Positions 10,285-18,369 of a DNA stretch of 64,000 nt are shown piece by piece (positions within the stretch are counted from its first letter, which is position 1; each line of letters opens with the position of its first letter). The notes beneath the pieces were generated by a model. The model was not told the DNA's origin, did not search any database, and saw only the letters and a program-made list of their open reading frames with translations. The DNA lies in the NCBI GenBank assembly GCA_041665505.1, contig JBAYIR010000005.1, positions 225 through 64,224 on the forward strand, in the 5' to 3' direction. The position numbers and the translations under genes were made by a program. Source of the DNA: Patescibacteria group bacterium (lineage in GTDB: Bacteria > Patescibacteriota > Patescibacteriia > UBA1558 > GWA2-36-10).

Positions 10285-11595
10285 ATGAGCAAAAGCAAAA
10301 GTTTTTTGTTGGCTAGTCTTATTTTTTTATTGAGTAATTTAGTTTATTTGCTTTATTTTGAAAATAAAGGCAATCATAGTTTTAACTATGGTTCTTTTTA
10401 TACTTTTAAAGCTATTGTCAAAAACACAGACAAAAAATTAAATGGCTATAATTTGATAGTAGAGCCGATAGACTTGGCCAATTTTTCTGGTCAGATATTA
10501 GTTTATACGGACTTATATCCAGAATATAGTTATGGTGATATTTTACTTATCAAAGCCAAAGTTTATCAACCAGAGCCCATTGCCGATGAAACTGGAAAAG
10601 TCTTTAGGTATGATAAATATTTAGCTAAGGATGATATTTTTGCTACTTGTTTTCGCCCTCAGATAGAAGTGTCTGATCAACAAAAGGATTGGTTTTTTTA
10701 TGTTTATCGGCTTCGACAACATCTGTGGAATAATTTAGATAGGCATCTGGTCGAGCCAGCTTCGTCACTAGCCAAGGCTATGCTTTTGGGTACTCAGCGT
10801 GAATTTGCTCCAGAGATCAGAGCTATTTTTTCTCAAGTGGGCTTAAGTCATATTATTGCTATTTCTGGTTCACATATGGTGATTGTAGTTTGGCTAATAC
10901 AAATTATTTTTCTTTCTTTTGGTTTTAATCGTAAGTTAATATTTTGGCTTTTACTTATATCTTTATTTTTGTATTTGGCTTTAATTGGGTTTTTACCGCC
11001 AGCTCTTCGATCCAGTCTAATGGTTATAATTAGTTTAGCCGGACCATTTTTGGGGCGTTCAAATTTATCAGTCTGCAGTTTGCTCTTAGTAGCTGATTTG
11101 ATGATTATTTTCAATCCTTACTTACTGATTTATGATTTGGGCTTTCAACTGTCTTTTTTATCAGTTTTGGGGCTTATTTATTATAGCCATTTTTTTACCA
11201 GATTATTTTCTTTTTTGCCTGATGTTTTTAAGATTAGAGAAGTTTTGGCTACGACGATGTCAGCTCAATTTTTTATTGTGCCACTGATTTTGTATCATTT
11301 TGGTATTTTGTCTCTTATTTCACCTTTAGCCAATTTTTTGGTTTTACCTTTAGCTACTATGATTTTAATTTTTAGTTTTCTGCTAGCTATTTTTGGTGCT
11401 TGGTCATTTTTGGCAGTGATATTTTCTTGGCCACTTTATATTTTGTTTAAAATAATGGTAGAGATTAGTGAATTTTTAGCTCGTCTGCCTTGGTCTTATT
11501 TTAATATTGATAATTTTAATGTTTATTATTTATTAATTTCTTATGTATTTTTAATTATTATTACTTTTATTTTAAAACCCCTTGAATATGAATAA
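10285..11595 (+). CDS. comEC: ComEC/Rec2 competence channel (OB and Competence domains)
   Basis: GLSHIIAISGSH and DLGFQLSF motifs; multiple TM helices. Confidence 0.93.
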   Translation: MSKSKSFLLASLIFLLSNLVYLLYFENKGNHSFNYGSFYTFKAIVKNTDKKLNGYNLIVEPIDLANFSGQILVYTDLYPEYSYGDILLIKAKVYQPEPIADETGKVFRYDKYLAKDDIFATCFRPQIEVSDQQKDWFFYVYRLRQHLWNNLDRHLVEPASSLAKAMLLGTQREFAPEIRAIFSQVGLSHIIAISGSHMVIVVWLIQIIFLSFGFNRKLIFWLLLISLFLYLALIGFLPPALRSSLMVIISLAGPFLGRSNLSVCSLLLVADLMIIFNPYLLIYDLGFQLSFLSVLGLIYYSHFFTRLFSFLPDVFKIREVLATTMSAQFFIVPLILYHFGILSLISPLANFLVLPLATMILIFSFLLAIFGAWSFLAVIFSWPLYILFKIMVEISEFLARLPWSYFNIDNFNVYYLLISYVFLIIITFILKPLEYE

Positions 11596-12388
11596 AAATT
11601 ATTATTTTTTATTTATTTTTTTACTTCTACTAATCTTATTTTTTACTTTAAAAAATGATGAAAAATTAGCAGTGTATTTTCTCGACGTCGGTCAAGGCGA
11701 TGCTATTTTAATCAGAACGCCAGAGAATCAAAATATTTTAATAGACGGCGGGCCGGATAATAATTTACTTTATCAAGTAGCCAATCATTTACCTTGGTGG
11801 GAAAGGACTATTGATTATTTAGTTATTACGCATTATCACACAGATCATTATGTCGGTTTTTTGGATTTATTAGATAAATATAAGATAAAAAATATTTTAG
11901 TGACAGCCAATGAGCCAAATGATTTTTTATATTATCAGTGGTTAGAAAAATTAAAAGAAAAAAATCTAAAGCCCAGTGTGGTCAGGGCAGGGGAGAACTT
12001 TGTAGTCAGTCCAGACTTAAATTGGCGAGTGCTTTTGGCGGATAGTCAGCACGAAGATTTAAATGAAAATTCTATAGTTATAAAATTGACTTATAAAGAT
12101 ACAGATTTTTTGTTGATGGGCGATTTGCCAGTGGAAGGTGAGCAAAAATTATTAGCCAGCGATTTTGATCTTGATTCGGAAATACTCAAAGTTGGCCATC
12201 ACGGTAGTAAATATTCATCTTCGGAAGAATTTTTAAAAGCAGTTTCTCCAGAAATTTGTGTGATTCAATCAGGACTAGACAATAAATTTAATCATCCCCA
12301 TGAGGAAGCTATGACAAGATTAGAAAATATCGGCTGTGATATAAGAAATACACAAAATTTAGGGCTAATTAGTTTGTTTTTTGATTAG
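11588..12388 (+). CDS. ComEC-type metallo-beta-lactamase-fold hydrolase, encoded as a separate gene
   Basis: FLDVGQGDA, LIDGG, THYHTDH and KVGHHGS motifs; overlaps the comEC stop. Confidence 0.92.
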   Translation: MNKNYYFLFIFLLLLILFFTLKNDEKLAVYFLDVGQGDAILIRTPENQNILIDGGPDNNLLYQVANHLPWWERTIDYLVITHYHTDHYVGFLDLLDKYKIKNILVTANEPNDFLYYQWLEKLKEKNLKPSVVRAGENFVVSPDLNWRVLLADSQHEDLNENSIVIKLTYKDTDFLLMGDLPVEGEQKLLASDFDLDSEILKVGHHGSKYSSSEEFLKAVSPEICVIQSGLDNKFNHPHEEAMTRLENIGCDIRNTQNLGLISLFFD

Positions 12389-12390
12389 TA

Positions 12391-12419
12391 TTGTCAAATT
12401 TTTTGGATATTGCTAAAAT
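12391..12419 (+). promoter_or_regulatory. Sigma70 promoter of GC-rich cassette 1
   Basis: TTGTCA-N17-TAAAAT with extended TG. Confidence 0.65.
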
Positions 12420-12506
12420 TAAATAACTTGTGAGCGATGCTTACGAGTGTTGCTCACCTAACGGCGCACCATGTGCGCCAGGCCTCTAGCCGAGGGAGAG
12501 ATTCCT

Positions 12507-12647
12507 ATGAGAATCACCATCCATCCGACGTTGACCGCGCGAAGACGGAAGAACACCGAGCAGGCGACGCAGAAGGCCACGGCGACCAAGAAGGCCGCGA
12601 GGAAGAAGAACGCCAAGAAGGCGACGAGCAGCGAGGCGATCGTCTAG
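12507..12647 (+). CDS. 46-aa basic Lys/Ala-rich (histone H1-like) peptide, GC-rich cassette 1
   Basis: GAGGGAG precedes the ATG; MRITIHPTLTARRRKNTEQATQKATATKKAARKKNAKKATSSEAIV; nearly all codons end in G/C. Confidence 0.65.
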   Translation: MRITIHPTLTARRRKNTEQATQKATATKKAARKKNAKKATSSEAIV

Positions 12648-12671
12648 GAGACGACTTCTCCGATGATGACG

Positions 12672-12708
12672 AGGGGCCCCCGGACACTACGGGGGCTCTA
12701 CTTTTTTT
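12672..12708 (+). terminator. Intrinsic terminator of cassette 1
   Basis: GGGCCCCCG...CGGGGGCTC hairpin plus T7. Confidence 0.8.
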
Positions 12709-12752
12709 ACTGCGATTTATTATTTAGTCTTATTTATAAATATTAGTTTGGA

Positions 12753-12781
12753 TTGACTAGTTTTAGCCTCTTTGCTATCCT
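12753..12781 (+). promoter_or_regulatory. Sigma70 promoter of GC-rich cassette 2
   Basis: TTGACT-N17-TATCCT with extended TG. Confidence 0.6.
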
Positions 12782-12955
12782 AAAATCAGCATTTCTCGCA
12801 TAGCTTGTTAGCTCGGTAAGGAGGAAGTCTCAAACAAAGAGCTCTCGAGTTTTCGGGAAATGTAGCCACAAGGCTTAACCAAGGAGGTTTTAACCGATCA
12901 TCACATGCCACTATGAGAGTGGCATTCACTCCGTCATGCATGGAGGTTTGTGGGC

Positions 12956-13480
12956 ATGAAGCCTATTCTTCGGTGGGCATGCCTCAGCGGTGTGCTGGCC
13001 ATTCTGGCTATCTTGACGCCCTGCCAGGGAGCCACCTGCCAGAATGACGAAGCGGTCATCATGACCGCGCTGAATATCGCCAGTTGCGACGGCACGAGCG
13101 CCATCGCTCTGAGCGAAGTCAAGCTGACGGCTAATCCCGCGGATGGGAACGTCGTCAAGGTCACCATCAACCACCTGATGAGCGGACAGACCGTGGCTAC
13201 TGCCGGTGATGCTATTTGGCTCTACTACGCGCCTTCCTACGACGCCCGGCAGTTCAGCGACGCTTACGCGACTACTGTCGTCCTGGACGCCAACATGATC
13301 GCTTCGCCGGCACTCTTCACCTACACGCACACGGCCCGGGGTGCCCTGATGCCCGGCGACCAGCTGGTGGTTCAGCCCACCTACAATACCTCCAATACCT
13401 CGGCCAGCTCGGCCCGTACGTGGAGCTCTGATGCCACGGGCATTGCCGACATTGACATGGGCGGTCAGCAGGCCGCCTAG
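12956..13480 (+). CDS. Secreted hypothetical protein, GC-rich cassette 2
   Basis: GGAGG at 12942-12946 then ATG; Sec-type signal peptide; high GC3. Confidence 0.75.
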   Translation: MKPILRWACLSGVLAILAILTPCQGATCQNDEAVIMTALNIASCDGTSAIALSEVKLTANPADGNVVKVTINHLMSGQTVATAGDAIWLYYAPSYDARQFSDAYATTVVLDANMIASPALFTYTHTARGALMPGDQLVVQPTYNTSNTSASSARTWSSDATGIADIDMGGQQAA

Positions 13481-13595
13481 TTCGATCTCCCGGTTCAGAG
13501 GACATACAGATCTGTGAACACCACACCGCTTTCCAAGCGGCAACAGTTGGTTTGTATCCATCTGTAAAGTCCTTCGGGTCAAGAAATGGCCCATT

Positions 13596-13656
13596 CCCGG
13601 CAAGAAGACACTATCTGGTTTCGGCCAGAGAAGACTTCTTGCCGGGTCTTCTTTTT
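13596..13656 (+). terminator. Long hairpin terminator of cassette 2
   Basis: CCCGGCAAGAAG...CTTCTTGCCGGG followed by TCTTCTTTTT. Confidence 0.7.
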
Positions 13657-13718
13657 GTCTTGATTTTTATATTTATTTGACATATAATATAAGCATAAAT
13701 TATTAATAATTGCGTTTT

Positions 13719-14102
13719 ATGGCAGAAAATAAAACTAAAATTTTGTTAATCGAAGATGAAGAAATGTTGGCCAATATGTATGAGGTCAAATTTAAAAACG
13801 AAGGTTTTGATTTAGAAAAAGCCCTTGATGGTGCCGATGGATTAGTCAAAGCCAAAGCTAATAAACCAGATTTTATATTATTAGATATCATCATGCCTAA
13901 GATGGATGGTTTTTCTGTACTCAAAGCTCTTAAAGAAAATGAATCTACCAAAGATGTGCCAGTAATGCTTTTGACCAATCTTGGTCAAGATGAGGATATT
14001 GAAAGAGGCAAAGAGCTGGGTGCAGTTGGCTATTTAGTCAAAGCCAATGTTACTCCTTCCGAAGTAGTAGATGAGGTTAAGAAAAAATTAGCTAAAAAAT
14101 AA
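13719..14102 (+). CDS. Single-domain response regulator (CheY-like receiver)
   Basis: LLIEDE, LLDIIMPKMDG, LTN and YLVK; TTGACA-type promoter upstream. Confidence 0.93.
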   Translation: MAENKTKILLIEDEEMLANMYEVKFKNEGFDLEKALDGADGLVKAKANKPDFILLDIIMPKMDGFSVLKALKENESTKDVPVMLLTNLGQDEDIERGKELGAVGYLVKANVTPSEVVDEVKKKLAKK

Positions 14103-14180
14103 TTTAAGCCAAAGTAAAATATGAACCCCCGCTAGAAATTTACGAAGTTCTACGGGGTTTTCAAAAGTAAAATTATAATT

Positions 14181-14717
14181 ATGAAAAATAATAAAATTTC
14201 TAACGGGGTGAATGATAAATTAGAAAGAAGTCTTGTTTTGTTAAAACCAGATGCTATCAATAGGGGATTAATAGGAGAGATTTTACACCGTTTTGAAAGA
14301 ACTGGTCTGAAGTTGGTTGGATTAAAATTGGTTTGGTCTGATGAAGATACAGCTTTGAAACATTATAGCGAAGATTTGGCCAAACGCCGTGGTCAAAGAG
14401 TTAGAGATATTATGGTGGAGATGATTACTTCTGGACCAATAGTAGCTATTGCCATTGAAGGTGTGGAGGCAGTAGAGATAGTACGTAAAATGGTTGGTGC
14501 TACTGAACCAAAGAGTGCTGCTCCTGGCACTATCAGAGGCGACTATGCCCATCTTTCATTTAAGCACGCTGATGATAATCAGATGGCAGTGTTCAATCTG
14601 ATTCATGCTTCATCTAGTGTTCCAGAAGCTAAAGAAGAAATTTCTTATTGGTTTCATGACTTTGAGCTTTATTCTCATCAGCCAGATTATACCAAGCATA
14701 CTTTATTAGAAAAATAA
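14181..14717 (+). CDS. ndk: Nucleoside diphosphate kinase
   Basis: LKPDA, PGTIRGD and NLIHASSS. Confidence 0.95.
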   Translation: MKNNKISNGVNDKLERSLVLLKPDAINRGLIGEILHRFERTGLKLVGLKLVWSDEDTALKHYSEDLAKRRGQRVRDIMVEMITSGPIVAIAIEGVEAVEIVRKMVGATEPKSAAPGTIRGDYAHLSFKHADDNQMAVFNLIHASSSVPEAKEEISYWFHDFELYSHQPDYTKHTLLEK

Positions 14718-14840
14718 TCTCTCGACACTTCGACTGTGCAGAGCACTGGCTAAGCTCGAGATAAAAAAATAAAAAGAGCTAAGTTTAGCTCTTTTAACTT
14801 GATAGTTTGCTAGGCTATTTTTTTAGTGTTATAATCAAGT

Positions 14841-14980
14841 TGTAGCCTCTTCTTTTACAAAATATGTAACTCTACAACAATGTTACATTGGAACTCTATA
14901 TTAGCTGGGACTTTGGTCTACAGTTTGCGAGTGCCACCCTTTTCAATAGGGGTTATACATATTAAAAAGAATGCTATGTA
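14841..14980 (+). ncRNA. ssrS: Probable 6S RNA
   Basis: TGTTATAAT -10 upstream; long closing helix (TAGC/GCTA, TTCTTTT/AAAAGAA, AATATGTA/TACATATT, AACTCT/GGGGTT), central bubble and inner stem (GGAACTC/GAGTGCC, GCTG/CAGT, GGAC/GTCT). Confidence 0.6.
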
Positions 14981-15183
14981 GTCAATTTTATCAGTAACCA
15001 TATCAAACATGCTGACATGTGACTAGCAAAAAGGTGTTTTATCAGTACTTCACTATACAAACGCCTTTTTGTTTTGTGTATATTTTTTTAAATAATTTAT
15101 ATTAATTTGTGTGAAATAAAAAATCGTCCGAGGCGATTTTTTAGAGCAATCAAAAAACCTGCCTAAGAGCAGGTGGATAAAAA

Positions 15184-15375
15184 TTATTTTGAAGTTTGGT
15201 TTTTCTTCAATTTATTTAGAGTCTTCAAACAAGAAGTACAAACAATCATTCTAGAACCACCAATTTTTTTTGATTGCAAGTTTATTTTCATAGTTCTTTT
15301 ACTAGCAATATTGGAGTGACTGCGTTGATTGCCAGTTACTTTTCCTCTGTTGCAGATATCACATGCTTTAGCCAT
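15184..15375 (-). CDS. rpmB: 50S ribosomal protein L28
   Basis: CDIC...GNQRSHSN...NLQ...VCTSCLK. Confidence 0.95.
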   Translation of the reverse strand: MAKACDICNRGKVTGNQRSHSNIASKRTMKINLQSKKIGGSRMIVCTSCLKTLNKLKKNQTSK

Positions 15376-15460
15376 ATATTTTGAATTTCTAATTAATTAA
15401 GCTATAATTATTTATACAACGTAGAATAATTTATCATAAAAGTAACTTTTTGTCAAAGCT

Positions 15461-16090
15461 ATGTTAATATCTTCATTATTTTCAGATCCAACATTATTTT
15501 TAATTACAGTCTTATCTATCATATACGCGCTGACTATTCATGAGTTTTCGCATGCTTTAGTGGCTACTTATTTGGGAGATAACACCGCCAAATACAATGG
15601 GCGCCTTAATCTCAACCCATTATCCCATATGGAGTTTTTTGGTACTTTGATGCTACTTTTTGCTGGTTTTGGTTGGGGGAAACCAGTACCAATTAATCCT
15701 TACAATCTAAGATGGAAAAGATGGGGGAGTGCTTTGGTTGCTTTGGCTGGACCAATATCAAATTTCATTTCCGCCTTTATTTTTGTGACTGTTGTCAATA
15801 TTTTGACCAATTTTATACCAGCTGATAGTTTAGTTTTTGATTTTTTAGTGTATTTAATATTCATCAATTTTATATTAGGGATGTTTAATCTTATTCCCAT
15901 CCCTCCTTTAGATGGTTCTAAAGTACTTTTTGCCGCTTTACCAGCTCGTATGGATGAGTTTAAACGTCAATTTAGCGTTAATGGGCCTTGGATATTATTG
16001 GGTCTTATTTTTCTAGACAATTTTGCTGGGGTAAATATTTTTGGTCGAATCTTTGAATTTTTTATAAATTTGATATATTTATTGTTTTAA
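15461..16090 (+). CDS. Site-2 protease (peptidase M50)
   Basis: HEFSH, AGPISN and FNLIPIPPLDGS. Confidence 0.93.
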   Translation: MLISSLFSDPTLFLITVLSIIYALTIHEFSHALVATYLGDNTAKYNGRLNLNPLSHMEFFGTLMLLFAGFGWGKPVPINPYNLRWKRWGSALVALAGPISNFISAFIFVTVVNILTNFIPADSLVFDFLVYLIFINFILGMFNLIPIPPLDGSKVLFAALPARMDEFKRQFSVNGPWILLGLIFLDNFAGVNIFGRIFEFFINLIYLLF

Positions 16091-16158
16091 ACCAGCCTAG
16101 CTAGCAGCTAAAAAAGTCAATAAAATAGGGGTTTTTATAGAATATTTGTCATTTACTC

Positions 16159-16186
16159 TTGACAAATTTTTTATTTGTGCTATAGT
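16159..16186 (+). promoter_or_regulatory. Sigma70 promoter of GC-rich cassette 3
   Basis: TTGACA-N16-TATAGT with extended TG. Confidence 0.7.
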
Positions 16187-16332
16187 ACACAATCTGGTGA
16201 TTTCACCATCCGTACCATTGACATTACACAGCTTGAAACAGGCTGTAGCATATTCCTCCACTAGGGAGGTATCCGCGCTTCTTGATTTCGGTCAAGAGGC
16301 ATAGTTCATGGCTCAATCATGGAGGTTTTTCC

Positions 16333-16434
16333 ATGCCCAACTGCCGCGGACCCACGCATCGCCGTCTCTCGAGTTTTCACAAGGACAACATCTTCACCAC
16401 CGACCGCGTCGCGGCCGCCAGCCCCCAGGCCTGA
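16333..16434 (+). CDS. Candidate 33-aa peptide, cassette 3
   Basis: GGAGG at 16321-16325, ATG 7 nt later; high GC3; MPNCRGPTHRRLSSFHKDNIFTTDRVAAASPQA. Confidence 0.45.
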   Translation: MPNCRGPTHRRLSSFHKDNIFTTDRVAAASPQA

Positions 16435-16518
16435 CCCGGGCGCCGGCGTCGTGATCGTGCTCCGGGAGAAATCCTGGGGCGTCCATCCACTGTTGGGTAG
16501 ATAAGGAGGCATTCGTCT

Positions 16519-16773
16519 ATGCTTTCCTGGCTTCTGCCCGACGATGACCGTGTTGTCGAAGCCCTCGTCTGGGTCAGACAGCACAGAGTGGACCGCACCG
16601 TAAAGGCCGGTGTATGGACCACGCGTCATCGTTTTCTGACACCTGAACTGACAAGGAGAAACCAAAGTGTTCTTCCTCCTACCCGAGTACCGCGGGAAGG
16701 TCGCCGAAGGCGACGACCCTCACGCGGAGCGACGCGGGTTCCGCAGCGTTGTGGACGCTGTATGGGCCCATGA
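16519..16773 (+). CDS. Candidate small Arg-rich protein, cassette 3
   Basis: TAAGGAGG at 16502-16509 before the ATG; the first ~44 codons look coding and the 3' part overlaps the next ORF. Confidence 0.5.
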   Translation: MLSWLLPDDDRVVEALVWVRQHRVDRTVKAGVWTTRHRFLTPELTRRNQSVLPPTRVPREGRRRRRPSRGATRVPQRCGRCMGP

Positions 16774-16780
16774 TGAGTAG
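16667..16780 (+). CDS. Candidate 37-aa peptide, cassette 3
   Basis: AAGGAG at 16653-16658 then GTG; high GC3; MFFLLPEYRGKVAEGDDPHAERRGFRSVVDAVWAHDE. Confidence 0.45.
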   Translation: MFFLLPEYRGKVAEGDDPHAERRGFRSVVDAVWAHDE

Positions 16781-17366
16781 CCTATTGCTGCTCATGAGTT
16801 CAGCCCTGGTTTTTTCCTAGGGAACGTTTGGTGCTTTGCGTCGAGGCCAGACTCGGCCCCTTTCTCTGAGAGGGCGCCGCCGGCGGTACGACGGATTGCT
16901 ACACAGCTAAAGACTTGCGCATCCCTGCGTAGCGCGCGTGCCTACGCTGCACCTGTTTCCTAGCTCGGCCCTCGGGCCCCGATGTCATGCGGACGCTTCC
17001 AGCGCCCGCGCAGACTGGGGCTCGAGGGCCTCTCATCAACACGGCCGCCAGCCGGCCTCCTTCAAGTGTTCCTCGTATTTTTTGATATGAGGTTGTCCCC
17101 GCGGGACATAATTCGCAGGATGCCCGGTGTGGTTCGTGTTGTTCTTCCCCTCGGGGGGCGCCTTCGTTTGCCGACTGCTCAGTAGCAGCCGACAATTCGA
17201 ATGGCGCTTCCCGGGGGCCTATTTTTTTTATTAAAAATTTTTATAAACAGTCCAAATCCTTGACTTTAATATTTTATTATGCTATTTTATTGGGGACTTT
17301 TGTCGCGTAATAATAATTAATTTTACGGACAGAATAGTCGCATTTTTTTATTTTTATTAACAAAAT

Positions 17367-17798
17367 ATGCCAACAGTAAATCAATTATTGAAAAAACCTA
17401 GGAAAAATAAGAAAGCTAAGAGTAGTACTCCAGCTTTACATACTGTTTTAAATAGTTTGAGAAGAAAGAAAAAAGAACTTCCAGAAGGAGCTCCATTTAA
17501 ACGTGGTGTTTGTGTGAAGGTAACTACTAGCACGCCAAAGAAACCAAACTCTGCTTTGCGTAAAATTGCTAGGGTCAGACTTTCCAACGGAATGGAAGTA
17601 ACTGCTTATATTCCCGGAGAAGGACATAATCTACAAGAACACAGTATTGTGCTTATTCGTGGTGGTAGGGTCAAAGATTTACCTGGTGTCCGTTATCATA
17701 TTGTCCGTGGTGTTTATGATACTCAAGGAGTGAACGGTAGAAAACAAGGCCGATCTTTGTATGGTACTAAGAGAGAAAAAGCAGCCAAAAAAAAGTAA
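17367..17798 (+). CDS. rpsL: 30S ribosomal protein S12
   Basis: [10 protein letters not shown] and [12 protein letters not shown]. Confidence 0.99.
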   Translation: MPTVNQLLKKPRKNKKAKSSTPALHTVLNSLRRKKKELPEGAPFKRGVCVKVTTSTPKKPNSALRKIARVRLSNGMEVTAYIPGEGHNLQEHSIVLIRGGRVKDLPGVRYHIVRGVYDTQGVNGRKQGRSLYGTKREKAAKKK

Positions 17799-17828
17799 AA
17801 TAATATTTCAATAAATTCAATATAAATT

Positions 17829-18293
17829 ATGAGAGGAAACAAAATTCCAAAAAGAGATATTTTACCAGATCCTAAATTTCAAAGGATAGATATTGCCAAA
17901 TTGATTAACAAAGTAATGTCTAACGGTAAAAAAACTACAGCTCAAAAAGTTGTTTATGAGGCTTTGCAATATATTTCTGAAAAAACCAAACAAGATCCTT
18001 TAGAGGTATATGATTCAGCTATTAGAAATGTATCTCCTAGTTTAGAAGTCAAAGGTAAAAGAATTGGTGGAGCCAACTACCAAGTGCCTATTGTGGTGAC
18101 TGGAGAAAGAAAACTTATTTTGGCTTATCGTTGGATTTTGGAAGCTGCTCGTGCTAAAAAAGGAGCTACTATGGCCAAAAGATTGGGTGATGAACTGATA
18201 GCCGCTTCTAATAGTGAAGGCGCTGCTATGAAAAAACGTGAAGATGTCCAACGTATGGCTGAATCAAATAAGGCCTTTGCACATTTCGCTTAA
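17829..18293 (+). CDS. rpsG: 30S ribosomal protein S7
   Basis: IGGANYQVP and MAESNKAFAH. Confidence 0.99.
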   Translation: MRGNKIPKRDILPDPKFQRIDIAKLINKVMSNGKKTTAQKVVYEALQYISEKTKQDPLEVYDSAIRNVSPSLEVKGKRIGGANYQVPIVVTGERKLILAYRWILEAARAKKGATMAKRLGDELIAASNSEGAAMKKREDVQRMAESNKAFAHFA

Positions 18294-18369
18294 ATTAACA
18301 ATTATTTAAAATAAAGGCAGACTTTGTCTGCATTTTATTTTTAAAAAATAAATTAAATAAAATAATATT

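Noticed and set aside
12437-12727. 96-aa ORF from the ORF track
   Set aside because: It has no SD, starts inside a hairpin and runs through the terminator; the 12507-12647 frame has the coding signature.
12926-13603. 225-aa antisense ORF and other overlapping frames in the GC islands (e.g. 20984-21445 +, 61899-62561 +, 61424-61885 +)
   Set aside because: These are shadow ORFs expected opposite high-GC3 genes; promoter, SD and terminator all point to the other strand.
16190-17220. Cassette 3 or the 21.7-kb RNA as tmRNA, RNase P RNA, SRP RNA or a self-splicing intron
   Set aside because: I see no tRNA-like ends with a T-loop and CCA, no GAGGAAAGTCC, no SRP loop motif and no interrupted host gene.
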